Positions 8,356 through 17,664 of a DNA stretch of 32,466 nucleotides are shown here, piece by piece. Both the position numbers and the translations under genes were made by a program. Below the pieces are notes generated by a model. That model searched no databases, was not told the DNA's origin, and saw only the letters and a list, made by a program, of their open reading frames with translations. Where the stretch lies: IMG/VR virus record IMGVR_UViG_3300049823_000224, positions 1 to 32,466 of that record. One strand, 5' to 3'. This DNA comes from a virus. Position 1 is the stretch's first letter. Every line of letters starts with the position of its first letter.

Positions 8356-8913
8356 ATGGCTAATGACGCTAGTAACGTGTCGTTTGGTAAGCCAAAGTCA
8401 GCCGGTGCGGTTTATGTCGCCCCTGCTGGCACGACCCTCCCCACTGACGCCACTACGGCGCTCAATGTTGCTTTTGTCAGCATGGGCTATATCAGTGATG
8501 ACGGTCTGGTTAATTCAGTAAAAACTGACGTTGAACAGGTCCACGCTTGGGGTGGCGACAAGGTACTTGTCGGCCAAACCACCTTTGGCGAAACCTTTAC
8601 CGTCAATTTGCTGGAAACCAACGCCGACGCGCTCAAAGTGTATTACGGTGATGACAACGTTTCGGTAAGCGGAGATGACATTACAGTTACACAGAACAGC
8701 GAGGAGCTGGACGAAGTAGTTGTAGTGTTTGAGCTGGTCCTGACCGGCGGCCGCGTCAAGCGTATCGTGGTGCCACACGCCAAGATCGCTGACCGCAGCG
8801 GTGACATTACCTACACCGACAAAGACGCCGTTATGTACCCAGCCGTGTTTGAGGCTTTGCCCGATAGCGACGGCAACTCTCACACCGAGTACATAGCTGT
8901 AGTATCGTCCTAA
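8356..8913 (+). CDS. Major tail (tube) protein
   Basis: ATG 8356 with GGAG 7 nt upstream (track start 8323 is a TTG); 185 aa; N-terminus SFGKPKSAGAVYVAPAGTTLPTDATT typical of siphovirus tube proteins; sits directly before the chaperones; strong terminator follows. Confidence 0.65.
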   Translation: MANDASNVSFGKPKSAGAVYVAPAGTTLPTDATTALNVAFVSMGYISDDGLVNSVKTDVEQVHAWGGDKVLVGQTTFGETFTVNLLETNADALKVYYGDDNVSVSGDDITVTQNSEELDEVVVVFELVLTGGRVKRIVVPHAKIADRSGDITYTDKDAVMYPAVFEALPDSDGNSHTEYIAVVSS

Positions 8914-8931
8914 TCGGTATAGCACGCAGGA

Positions 8932-8960
8932 ACAGCCCGCCAGCCGGGCTGTTTTTGTTT
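8932..8960 (+). terminator. Rho-independent terminator after the major tail gene
   Basis: acagcccg/cgggctgt 8-bp stem, loop ccagc, then TTTTTGTTT. Confidence 0.85.
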
Positions 8961-8967
8961 CTGGCGG

Positions 8968-8979
8968 TTATGCTATAAT
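8968..8979 (+). promoter_or_regulatory. Extended -10 promoter TTATGCTATAAT
   Basis: Motif read directly; GGAG RBS at 9000-9003 before ATG 9013. Confidence 0.65.
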
Positions 8980-9012
8980 TGGCGTGATATTAACAAAATG
9001 GAGTAAATACCC

Positions 9013-9321
9013 ATGAGCGATCAAGAATCGGCCAAAAGCGCCAAAACAGAAAACGCAAACATTAAAGAGGTGACGTGCGACGGCTATACATTTAGCGTTG
9101 ACCTAGACGCGGTGGACGACGTGGACAACGTGGAGCTGATAGACAAAATAGAGAACCAGCAAAACCTAAAGGCCATTGTTGATTTTCTAAAAAACATACT
9201 TGGCGACAAGGACTATGATAAACTCAAAGCCTACTTCGTTGAGAAAGAGGGGCGCCTGAAACTGTCAAAACTGGGCGACATTTACGAGGCGATATTTAAG
9301 GAGTTTAACCCAAAAGGTTAG
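9013..9321 (+). CDS. Tail assembly chaperone (gpG-like)
   Basis: 102 aa, acidic, located between the tube and tape measure genes; slippery site at its 3' end. Confidence 0.75.
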   Translation: MSDQESAKSAKTENANIKEVTCDGYTFSVDLDAVDDVDNVELIDKIENQQNLKAIVDFLKNILGDKDYDKLKAYFVEKEGRLKLSKLGDIYEAIFKEFNPKG

Positions 9322-9713
9322 CCTTACTTAAAATACGCCGGCAGTATTTTGACGAGCTAGAGGCAGATTTTCAGCAATATTATGGCCTAGACATTGCGGC
9401 GGTCCGGCCCGCCCGCGCTGCTAGGTTAATGTTCCAACTGCCAACTAAAAGCCGGCTTTTCCGGGCGCTTGAGCCGTCCAATAATTGGGACTGGCAAGAA
9501 ATGTTGCTGAATAAAGCCACCTACCTTTTAGAGGTGCTGGCGTGGCAACAAACCAAGGACGCCCAAAAAGGGCGCCGATCAACCGCACCAAAAATGTATA
9601 CACCTGATTTTATGAAACAGGCCGCCAAAAAGAACCTTGACCCCGACCAGGCGCTATATACAACCGACCAGATTAAAGATATTTTAGCCAAGCCAAGAAA
9701 GAAACAGGGGTAG
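9013..9713 (+). CDS. Tail assembly chaperone -1 frameshift fusion (gpGT-like, about 233 aa)
   Basis: The -1 frame is open from 9309 to 9713 and overlaps the 0-frame end only across the CCCAAAA heptamer. Confidence 0.7.
9309..9315 (+). other. Programmed -1 ribosomal frameshift slippery heptamer C CCA AAA
   Basis: X XXY YYZ heptamer in the correct phase (0-frame codons CCA 9310-9312, AAA 9313-9315), 4 nt before the 0-frame stop at 9319. Confidence 0.7.
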
Positions 9714-9728
9714 ACCCCTGTAATTTAT
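9704..9728 (+). terminator. Weak terminator-like hairpin at the end of the chaperone gene
   Basis: acagggg/cccctgt stem with loop taga (contains the stop codon), followed by an interrupted T-tract (aatttat). Confidence 0.35.
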
Positions 9729-9843
9729 CACTCCCCTGCCCCGACCATTTTTACTGTTCCACCCCAAGAGCGCCGACGGGCCAGGTATAAGCAGGGCAGA
9801 GCAGACTAAACCTATTTTGTCAAATAATAGTATAGTAGTAGGT

Positions 9844-10137
9844 ATGGCAAAAGACGTAACATTTCAGCTAGACACAACCGCCGCCGGCAAGATAATTTTG
9901 CAGGATATGTGCGCAAATATTGTTAAGCAATCCGCCCAGGCCATAAAGGATCGGGCAACCGGCATGGCGAGCGCACAGTCAACCGAGGCGCCAGGCTATA
10001 GTCTTTTCGTGAGCGTTGGCACAATTAAGCGTGGCCGCCGGGCCATAGCGACCGTTAAAGCCAACGACGGCGACGCCCACCAGGAATATATCGCCCACCA
10101 GGCGTTAATCAAGGCTAAAGACGCTGGTCGGGTCTAA
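9844..10137 (+). CDS. Hypothetical protein (97 aa) inserted between the chaperones and the tape measure
   Basis: ORF track 9817 (TTG) trimmed to ATG 9844, 8 nt after TATAGT 9831-9836; no SD. Confidence 0.45.
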   Translation: MAKDVTFQLDTTAAGKIILQDMCANIVKQSAQAIKDRATGMASAQSTEAPGYSLFVSVGTIKRGRRAIATVKANDGDAHQEYIAHQALIKAKDAGRV

Positions 10138-10141
10138 TAGC

Positions 10142-10153
10142 TTATGTTATAAT
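10142..10153 (+). promoter_or_regulatory. Extended -10 promoter TTATGTTATAAT upstream of the tape measure
   Basis: Motif read directly. Confidence 0.6.
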
Positions 10154-10226
10154 TTCATCAGAAAAAGCCAACGCTGACGGTTGCGGTAAAACTGGAAAAC
10201 AATAAAGGCAAAAACGAGCGCAACCA

Positions 10227-12962
10227 ATGGCAAACACAATAGGCACAGCTTACATAAACATAGCCCCGAATATGTCGGGTATTCAGGGCAAAATCGCGGG
10301 CGGATTACGCGGTAGTGGTACGGCATTTGCCAGCCAATTTGGTAATGAAATTAGCGGAAAATCCGCTTTTATAATCGGCGCCATTGCCGGCGTGGCCCAA
10401 AGTGCCGTTACTAAAGCCACGAGCCTTATAAGCAATTCTATCGGGGCCGCCGTCAAGCGCGTAGATACACTTAATTCAGCACAAAAAACATTTGAGTATA
10501 TGGGCTTTAAGGCCAGCGATAGCGCCAAAGCCGTAAAAGACGTAACCGCGTCCATTTTGGGTCTACCAACGCCACTGGACGGAGCCATACGGGGCATGAT
10601 GGGCCTCGCGGCAACATACCAGGACGTGAAACTTGGCCAAAAGGTATTTTCGGCTCTCAATGACGCCATTTTAGGTTTCGGTGGTAGCGCTGATATGGTA
10701 GACAATGCCGTACAGCAGTTATCACAATTACCACTGGACGGCCCACTGGACGCCCAAACCTGGAACAGCCTACGGAACAGCGGACTTACACCGGTTTTAG
10801 TTGCCATTGGTAAAGATATGGGGCTTTCTGTTAGCCAGCTAAAAGAAAAGCTGGGAAGTGGTCAGCTTACTGTCCGAGATTTTACAAACGAATTAACCAA
10901 ACTTGATACCAAGGGTGGCGGTGGTTTAACCTCGCTACATAAAATAGCCCTGACAGCCACCAGCGGGATTGGCACCGGCTTTGCTAATATGCAGACCGCC
11001 ATATCGCGCGGGTTGGCAAACATTATCCAGGCCGTAGGCCAAAAAAATATTAGTGCTGCGATTACCAACATCGGCAAAATCTTTGAACAGGCTTTTGATA
11101 AAATCGCCAAGATTATACCGATCGTAATACGCGACATAAAATCATTTTTTGACTTTGTAAGCAAAAACAGTCAGATTTTCGCACCTATAGCTGTGGGTAT
11201 TGCTGCCATAGTAGCCGCATTGGCCATTTGGAAAACCGCCCTGCTGGTCTGGCAGGGTGTCACAAAGGCCGGGATAGCCATACAGGCCGCCTTTAATGCT
11301 GTAATGGACGCCAACCCCATTGGCTTGCTGGCGCTGGCCATAATCGGCCTCGTGGCGGGTCTGACGTACTTATTCAGAAACACAGCAGCCGGTAAAAAAA
11401 TATTTGCCGAGCTATCAAAGATATTTGGTGCTGTTGTTAGCGGTGTTAAGGCATTATTTGGTGCGTTTACAAACGGCCGCACAACTGTCGGTGGTTTTAT
11501 TGGCGTTATGGAAACGCTAGGCATTGCACTAAAAAAGGTTTGGGATTTTGTAGGCAAACAGTTAGGTGGAGCATTTAACGCCCTTGGTAGCATTTTCAAG
11601 CAAACCAGCCACGCACTACAGCCACTAATAACCGCTATCGGCGGTTTTGTAAAAGGCGTATTAGCAAATAAAACCGTGATGACCATACTAAAAGATATTG
11701 GCATAGCATTACTCGCACTAGCCGCGGCACCAGTGATAGCGTTTTTTGGCATTTTGATAGGTACATTAACGGTTGTTTCCAAAGTCCTGCAATTTGTCGC
11801 CGATCATTTTAAGCTATTCAAGGTCATAGTGCTGGCCGCCCTCGCGCCTATCATCGCGCCGATAGCATTATTTGTAGCTGCCATAAAAGTAATACCGACC
11901 GTCATTAGTGCCGTCGCTGGTGCTATTTCCGCGGTTTTCGGCGCCATTGCGGCCGCCTATAACGCTACGCTCGGTCCAGTTTTCAGCCTAATGAAAACAG
12001 TTATAACCGACATTTTGACGATCTACGTTAGGGTGTGGGCTTTCATTGGCGTTATCGTCCTCGGTACGCTATTCATGATTGCCGGCGTAATAAAAAACGT
12101 CATGACAGCCATTTGGGGAGTGATTAGCAGCGTATGGTCCGCAGTTTGGGGGGTCATCAGCAACGTGCTTGGCTGGATCGGCACCCGCATTGTAACCGCC
12201 TGGAACTTCTATTATGGAATTATTAGCGGCGTCCTCGGTACGATTTGGGGCGTAATATCTGGCGTCTGGAACCGCATATGGGGCTTTATAAGCGGAGTAG
12301 CCGGCGCAATAGCAAATACCATAGCCGGCGCATGGAACCGCGCATACAGCGCCGTAGCTGGGCCCGTAAGCCGTATTTGGGGAGCCATTACGGGTACATT
12401 TAATCGGATTGTCGGGTATATCGGCAGTATCGGCGGCCAAATCGCCCGCATAGTCGGCGGCGCCGGAAGTTGGCTATACAATGCCGGCCGGAGTGTCATA
12501 CAGGGCTTTCTAAATGGTATGGGGTCATTGATTGGCAGCATAGCGTCCTTTTTCCTGAACAAACTGCCTGGCTGGATAAGAAAGCCGTTTGAACACGCAC
12601 TAGGCATACACTCGCCCTCTAAGGTATTCATGGATTACGGCGAAAACACCATAGCCGGTTATGTAAACGCTGTTAATGCCGGGCAGAATAAAGTCACCGG
12701 CGCAGTCAGCAATATGGCCGACGCCGCCATTAAAGGCATATCTGATACCAACCTGACGGCGCCCATATCTGCGACCCTGAACACCCCAAGCGCCAATAGC
12801 TTGGCGCCAGGCACGCAGGGCGGCAATAGTACCCACCAAGAGGTAAGAATAGGCCAGGTGGTCCTGGGCGACCAAGGCGCCGTAAAAGAGTTTTTCAAAC
12901 AGCTAGACCAAGATACAATAGCAGTAGGTATGGGATTAACACCGGCGCAGGGGGCGCGATAA
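10227..12962 (+). CDS. Tape measure protein (911 aa)
   Basis: Length, position, long Ala/Gly/Ile-rich hydrophobic core, 11-residue aromatic repeats, C-terminal LGIHSPSKVF motif. Confidence 0.9.
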   Translation: MANTIGTAYINIAPNMSGIQGKIAGGLRGSGTAFASQFGNEISGKSAFIIGAIAGVAQSAVTKATSLISNSIGAAVKRVDTLNSAQKTFEYMGFKASDSAKAVKDVTASILGLPTPLDGAIRGMMGLAATYQDVKLGQKVFSALNDAILGFGGSADMVDNAVQQLSQLPLDGPLDAQTWNSLRNSGLTPVLVAIGKDMGLSVSQLKEKLGSGQLTVRDFTNELTKLDTKGGGGLTSLHKIALTATSGIGTGFANMQTAISRGLANIIQAVGQKNISAAITNIGKIFEQAFDKIAKIIPIVIRDIKSFFDFVSKNSQIFAPIAVGIAAIVAALAIWKTALLVWQGVTKAGIAIQAAFNAVMDANPIGLLALAIIGLVAGLTYLFRNTAAGKKIFAELSKIFGAVVSGVKALFGAFTNGRTTVGGFIGVMETLGIALKKVWDFVGKQLGGAFNALGSIFKQTSHALQPLITAIGGFVKGVLANKTVMTILKDIGIALLALAAAPVIAFFGILIGTLTVVSKVLQFVADHFKLFKVIVLAALAPIIAPIALFVAAIKVIPTVISAVAGAISAVFGAIAAAYNATLGPVFSLMKTVITDILTIYVRVWAFIGVIVLGTLFMIAGVIKNVMTAIWGVISSVWSAVWGVISNVLGWIGTRIVTAWNFYYGIISGVLGTIWGVISGVWNRIWGFISGVAGAIANTIAGAWNRAYSAVAGPVSRIWGAITGTFNRIVGYIGSIGGQIARIVGGAGSWLYNAGRSVIQGFLNGMGSLIGSIASFFLNKLPGWIRKPFEHALGIHSPSKVFMDYGENTIAGYVNAVNAGQNKVTGAVSNMADAAIKGISDTNLTAPISATLNTPSANSLAPGTQGGNSTHQEVRIGQVVLGDQGAVKEFFKQLDQDTIAVGMGLTPAQGAR
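12108..12470 (+). repeat. Eleven tandem 11-residue repeats (consensus about xIWGxISGVWN) inside the tape measure
   Basis: AIWGVISSVWS/AVWGVISNVLG/WIGTRIVTAWN/FYYGIISGVLG/TIWGVISGVWN/RIWGFISGVAG/AIANTIAGAWN/RAYSAVAGPVS/RIWGAITGTFN/RIVGYIGSIGG/QIARIVGGAGS. Confidence 0.7.
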
Positions 12963-12963
12963 A

Positions 12964-13755
12964 ATGACTGGCGCATTAAGTTTTGACAGCAACAGCTTAC
13001 AGACATATAGTCCGACCACGCGAGTGGGTATTATTACCAATGATATAGACTTTTCCGACATAGCCACCAAGTCTATGAGCATGTTCCCGATCGCGAATAG
13101 CAATTTAAGCGCCATATCCTCGGTCAACTACCCCAATAAGACGATTACCATAACTGGTGGGGTCAGCGGCAGTAGCGCGTCTGATTTGGACAGCCGCCTA
13201 GATACGTTTAGGGGCTATTTCATAGGTACAGACAAAAACCTTGATATTACCTATAACGGTAGCACCCGGCGTTTTATAGCGACGGCCAACACGGTAAACA
13301 TTACGCGCGGCGCCAACGGGAAATATGCGACTTTCAGCATTGAGTTTATTTGTACCTCGCCATTTGGTACTGATACCAGCAATACTACCGCATTGAGCGC
13401 TACCGGCCGCACGGGCAGCAGCTACAGCGACGCCTACATATTTTTGGGGACAGCACCCGCGCAATTGCCTGTCATAACGATAACCATAAACTCGCTTACT
13501 GGCGGCACCGGCGCCTATATCTTGGTCGGCAACGATGACACGGGCCAACAGATCATAGTCACCAACAACTTTTCCGCGGACGATGTGCTAGAGATAGATT
13601 GCTACAACAAAACCGTAAAACTTAATGGCACGGACGTTGATTTTGTCGGCGGCTTTCCAGAGTTTGTGCCTGGCGCCAGCCACATAGACTATGCCGATAA
13701 TTTCACTACCCGGAACTTTGACATTAGCGTGGTATATAAAAAGCTCTATCTATAA
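12964..13755 (+). CDS. Distal tail protein (Dit)
   Basis: 263 aa immediately after the tape measure; pattern typical of the siphovirus tail family. Confidence 0.7.
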   Translation: MTGALSFDSNSLQTYSPTTRVGIITNDIDFSDIATKSMSMFPIANSNLSAISSVNYPNKTITITGGVSGSSASDLDSRLDTFRGYFIGTDKNLDITYNGSTRRFIATANTVNITRGANGKYATFSIEFICTSPFGTDTSNTTALSATGRTGSSYSDAYIFLGTAPAQLPVITITINSLTGGTGAYILVGNDDTGQQIIVTNNFSADDVLEIDCYNKTVKLNGTDVDFVGGFPEFVPGASHIDYADNFTTRNFDISVVYKKLYL

Positions 13756-13760
13756 TCACT

Positions 13761-15512
13761 ATGCAAAAAGAATATTTATATAAAGTTTATCGTAACGGTG
13801 CCTTTTTGGGCTGTCTGCCAAAAGTAAAAAGCACCTTTGGCTTTACGCAAAATGTCAATGCGGCCGGTCCGAACCAAATAACCGTCGTGCTTGGCCAGTC
13901 GGCCGACGTATCAAGGTTGGCGCCTGATCCTATTTTGGACGAGGCCGGCGAGGAGGTTTTGGACGAGGCCGGGCACATCGTATACCCCGAACGGGCGGCG
14001 GAAGTTGTCGGCAATAGCAACTCCAAGATTTTGGCCCGCAACGGCAACCAGGTAAAGATTTTTGAATATAGCGACCGCTACCCTAACGGCAAATGTATGT
14101 ATAACGGTCGTATTAAGAACTGGAAAGGCGTTTGGGGCGATGACGGCGATATTACGTTGGTCATTTATCCCGACGCCGCCGAGCTTGATAACAACCCGCT
14201 AGTAGGCAGCCCATACACGGCCGACCAAAGCCAAACGTCCAGCGATTCCACGGTGAGTATTTATCAGGTTATTGGTACGACGTGGGGCTACTATATGGCC
14301 GGCCAAACCTTTCAGACCGGCAGTGGCCAAACCAATATAGCGGCCATAGACTTGAAATTGGGCGGCGCTGGCGATACTGGCCTAACGCATACTGTCCTTG
14401 TTTCGTTGCACTCATCTGCCAGCGAGGCCACAATCTTGGGCCAAGCCAGCCGTGTCATAACTGGCGACGGCAGCGCGCATGTTTATAAGTTTGTGTTCCC
14501 CTCGCCAATAGAGATAAGCGCCAGCACTACATATTTCTTTAGTGTGCGGATTGGTGGCAGCAGTGGTGGCAGCGCGATATTGGCATACAAAGCTAGCAAT
14601 GTATATGCAAATGGCGTCAATTACGACCGCTACAACACTGGGGGCAAGGGTGGCACCGTCCGCGACTGGACTACTCCGCCAAACTCAAGTGTCGGCATGT
14701 CTACCGGCGATCTATATTTTGTAACCTATAATAGCGGCGGCGAAACCACTGCTGTATTCACGGACGCCGACCCGACAGCAGATATGATCAAAACCGCCAT
14801 GGACAACTACATTTCTAGTGGTGGCAATATTACCTATGACGACGCCGATATAGAGGCCACAGGCGAGGCAGTTGACTATACCTTTATCGGCGCCACGGTC
14901 TTTGCCGGCATACAAAAAGCATTACAGATGTGCCCGGCTGGCTATTACTGGACTGTTGACCCTGGAACCAACAAATTGAGCGTTAAAAACATGAGCGATA
15001 CCGCTGACATTGTGATAACCAAGGGCAAAGATATTAACGTGCTTGAGCTTAGTGCCAGCATTGAAAATGTTAAAAACGACATACCATTTAGCGGCGGCCT
15101 AGTAAGCGGCTCAAACCTCTATAAGCGATATACCAACCAGGAAAGCATAAACGAATGGGGCCGCGGCTACGACCCGCAGAGCGATAATCGCGTCACGATA
15201 GCAGATACCATGGATCAGCTCGGCACCACCAGACTGGCCATAGAAAAGGACGAACAATACCAAACCAGTGTTACCCTTTTGGACGCCAAGACAGATATAA
15301 CCCTTTGCAAGCCAGGCATGACAATAGGTTTTGCCGGCTTTGGCCCGACCGTAGACGCCTTGGTGCTTATGATTGTCAGTCTTGAATATACGCCCGATAC
15401 GGCAAAATTGGGCCTCGGCAGCCTACCGCCCCGCACGGTCGTAACGCTAGATCAAATAAATCGCGAACTGGACGCGTTGCAGACGGTGGACAATCCCGAC
15501 GCCCCGTCGTAA
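13761..15512 (+). CDS. Tail-associated (Tal-like) baseplate/tip protein
   Basis: 583 aa following Dit; assigned by synteny. Confidence 0.55.
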   Translation: MQKEYLYKVYRNGAFLGCLPKVKSTFGFTQNVNAAGPNQITVVLGQSADVSRLAPDPILDEAGEEVLDEAGHIVYPERAAEVVGNSNSKILARNGNQVKIFEYSDRYPNGKCMYNGRIKNWKGVWGDDGDITLVIYPDAAELDNNPLVGSPYTADQSQTSSDSTVSIYQVIGTTWGYYMAGQTFQTGSGQTNIAAIDLKLGGAGDTGLTHTVLVSLHSSASEATILGQASRVITGDGSAHVYKFVFPSPIEISASTTYFFSVRIGGSSGGSAILAYKASNVYANGVNYDRYNTGGKGGTVRDWTTPPNSSVGMSTGDLYFVTYNSGGETTAVFTDADPTADMIKTAMDNYISSGGNITYDDADIEATGEAVDYTFIGATVFAGIQKALQMCPAGYYWTVDPGTNKLSVKNMSDTADIVITKGKDINVLELSASIENVKNDIPFSGGLVSGSNLYKRYTNQESINEWGRGYDPQSDNRVTIADTMDQLGTTRLAIEKDEQYQTSVTLLDAKTDITLCKPGMTIGFAGFGPTVDALVLMIVSLEYTPDTAKLGLGSLPPRTVVTLDQINRELDALQTVDNPDAPS

Positions 15513-15526
15513 ACTGATATATAGCT

Positions 15527-16360
15527 ATGGGTAAAACATCAACATACGATTTAGACGAATCACCAGCCATAGAGGATTATTTTAGGGCTGTCAAAGCGGC
15601 CACCGGCGGTGATGTGCGGGTCCAGTTTGGCGACCTAGCCAGCCTAATATCTGTCGCGGACTGGATTAGTATAAGCGACGGATTAACATATAGCAGCTAC
15701 GACAGCACTAATAAAACGGTCGTATGGACGACCGCTAGCGATTGGCGCGCTAAAATCGGTCCAGGCACACGCATACGATTAAGTCAGTCTACGGGTGGCA
15801 CAAAGTATATGCTTGTGGTTGCGATTAGCTCTACCACAATTACATGCTACATGGGAACTGATTATAGCGCCGCCAGTGAAACCGTCACATCACCGGTTTA
15901 TTCAAATATGAAAGCCCCAATAGGTTTCCCCATTGATCCGACCAAATGGACGCAAACTGTTACAAGCACAAGCACCGCCGCCATGGTCAGTGGCAGCTGG
16001 GCTAATACTGGCTCAATCTCATTAAGTGTCCCGATAGGGTTGTGGTACCTGAGTTTTCAGGTACACTCCAACCCGGCCCGGTCGGCCAATAGTGTTATTG
16101 CCAAGTTTGGGCTTTCTGAGTCAACAACGGCTCTAACCAGTGGCTACGAGGATAGTTTGGAACTTCTAGGTCAGCAATCCACCGGGGCAACATCAGCCTA
16201 TATGTTCCAAACATGCCGAGGCGATATGAAACGTAGCTATGCCTCAGCTACAACCGTTTACTTGATACAAAATGGCTTACTTTTGGCCGGCTCATCTAAT
16301 CTGTATATTTCTGAAACTGGTTATCGCCATTATATTAAAGCATTATGCGCCTATCTATAA
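15527..16360 (+). CDS. Tail tip/fibre protein, possible receptor-binding protein
   Basis: 277 aa, Ser/Thr-rich, last gene of the tail block; function inferred from position only. Confidence 0.4.
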   Translation: MGKTSTYDLDESPAIEDYFRAVKAATGGDVRVQFGDLASLISVADWISISDGLTYSSYDSTNKTVVWTTASDWRAKIGPGTRIRLSQSTGGTKYMLVVAISSTTITCYMGTDYSAASETVTSPVYSNMKAPIGFPIDPTKWTQTVTSTSTAAMVSGSWANTGSISLSVPIGLWYLSFQVHSNPARSANSVIAKFGLSESTTALTSGYEDSLELLGQQSTGATSAYMFQTCRGDMKRSYASATTVYLIQNGLLLAGSSNLYISETGYRHYIKALCAYL

Positions 16361-16369
16361 GGAGTTATT

Positions 16370-16669
16370 ATGACTAAAACAACTACACCCAAAACCCACC
16401 AGCCAAAGCCGGGCGATGTTGCCATAGAAAAGGACGGCAGCTTTTATTTCCCGGCTTGGGGTATTCATGTAGCCAAGACAGCGCCAGCCATTAAAAAAAC
16501 CTATAAGCGGTTTAATAAGGACGGCCGGCATAAGGTCCGCGTCACAGAACGCGAAGTGCGCGTAAAGATTGCGGGCACCGTTGATGAGGCCAAGGCGCAC
16601 ATAAAAGAAAACCACGGCATAGACGTTGATAACGACACGCCGCCGCCACAGCCACCCAGCGAGGACTAA
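16370..16669 (+). CDS. Hypothetical basic protein (99 aa)
   Basis: ORF track; GGAG upstream; Pro-rich C-terminus. Confidence 0.5.
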   Translation: MTKTTTPKTHQPKPGDVAIEKDGSFYFPAWGIHVAKTAPAIKKTYKRFNKDGRHKVRVTEREVRVKIAGTVDEAKAHIKENHGIDVDNDTPPPQPPSED

Positions 16670-17008
16670 ATGGAACCCAAGACGGCCAAAAAACCGCGCC
16701 GCAAACTGCCATTTAATCAGACTTGGAATGATACGACGTGGAAAGAGGCCCGTAAGCGGGCCATGGCGAGCAAAGAGCCTTACTGTGCCGTCTGTGGTGG
16801 GTTTATTGACATGCAAGCCAAGGCGATGACACCAAACTCTTGCGAGGTAGACCATATAGTGCCTATTAGCCGCGGAGGCCAGCCGTATGAGCTTGATAAC
16901 CTCCAACTGACACATATGCGTTGCAACCGCAAAAAAGGCTCTAAAATGGCCTCTGACTATGCCGACGGCGTTATTGAGAACCCAGTACCGCTATCAAATG
17001 CCTGGTGA
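16670..17008 (+). CDS. HNH endonuclease
   Basis: CAVCGG...CEVDHIVPISRGGQPYELDNLQLTHMRCNRKKG. Confidence 0.8.
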   Translation: MEPKTAKKPRRKLPFNQTWNDTTWKEARKRAMASKEPYCAVCGGFIDMQAKAMTPNSCEVDHIVPISRGGQPYELDNLQLTHMRCNRKKGSKMASDYADGVIENPVPLSNAW

Positions 17009-17014
17009 TATAAT
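17006..17014 (+). promoter_or_regulatory. Extended -10 promoter TGATATAAT; ATG 17021 lies 7 nt downstream (leaderless endolysin)
   Basis: TATAAT at 17009-17014; no SD. Confidence 0.6.
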
Positions 17015-17020
17015 AAAACC

Positions 17021-17662
17021 ATGACGCTTGACCAAGAATATGCTAAATATGCCGGTCAATCAGTATTGGTGCCTGGCGCCGCTGCCGACGACCGCGGGCA
17101 ATGCGTACAGTGGGCCTGTTATGTACTCCACGACGTTTACGGCCAGCCATACGTTTGGGCCGACGCGATAGATTGGTGGAATAAGTTTGATAGCCTACCG
17201 CAACTCAAAAACAACTTTGACCGCATTACCGACGATACGGTTAAAAAAGGTGACTTTATAATTTGGAACCAAAAAGTTGGATCAATCTACGGTCATATTG
17301 ACGTGGCAATGGCCGACGGCAATATCAATAATTTCGTAGCCGCTGACACTAACTGGGCCGGCAATTTAACGGTGCACGAGGTTGCACATATTGGCCAGGC
17401 GGGGTATATAATAGGTATAATAAGGCGAAAGGGGGCCGTTGTGGCCGACAAAATCACCAGAGCGCAAGAACAGGTAATATCAATCATGCAGACAGGCGCA
17501 TTGCCGGGCAAGAATTATAACTACCGCTTTACGGGCTTGCCACTTACCCAAGCCAACCTAGACGCCATGCTTAATTTTTGGAAACAAATACCGCGTCCCA
17601 CGGTTTCCGGCGGTGTTTATACGCCATATAACGGCCCGCAACTTTATACAAAGAAAGGCTAA
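17021..17662 (+). CDS. Endolysin, N-terminal CHAP domain plus a C-terminal (binding?) domain
   Basis: GQCVQWACYVL (catalytic Cys) ... GSIYGHIDVAMADGN (His). Confidence 0.75.
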   Translation: MTLDQEYAKYAGQSVLVPGAAADDRGQCVQWACYVLHDVYGQPYVWADAIDWWNKFDSLPQLKNNFDRITDDTVKKGDFIIWNQKVGSIYGHIDVAMADGNINNFVAADTNWAGNLTVHEVAHIGQAGYIIGIIRRKGAVVADKITRAQEQVISIMQTGALPGKNYNYRFTGLPLTQANLDAMLNFWKQIPRPTVSGGVYTPYNGPQLYTKKG

Positions 17663-17664
17663 CC

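Noticed and set aside
10283-13006. Multiple long minus-strand ORFs inside the tape measure gene (10283..10807, 10862..11164, 11171..11782, 12069..12440, 12212..12631, 12659..13006)
   Set aside because: They are antisense shadows of a compositionally biased (Ala/Gly/Ile-rich) coding region. They lack start signals, have junk-like composition, and the + strand ORF is an unmistakable TMP.
16355-16915. 186-aa minus-strand ORF overlapping 16370..16669 and the HNH gene
   Set aside because: It has an R/L/F-rich, low-complexity translation and is antisense to an ORF with a clear HNH motif. It has no RBS.
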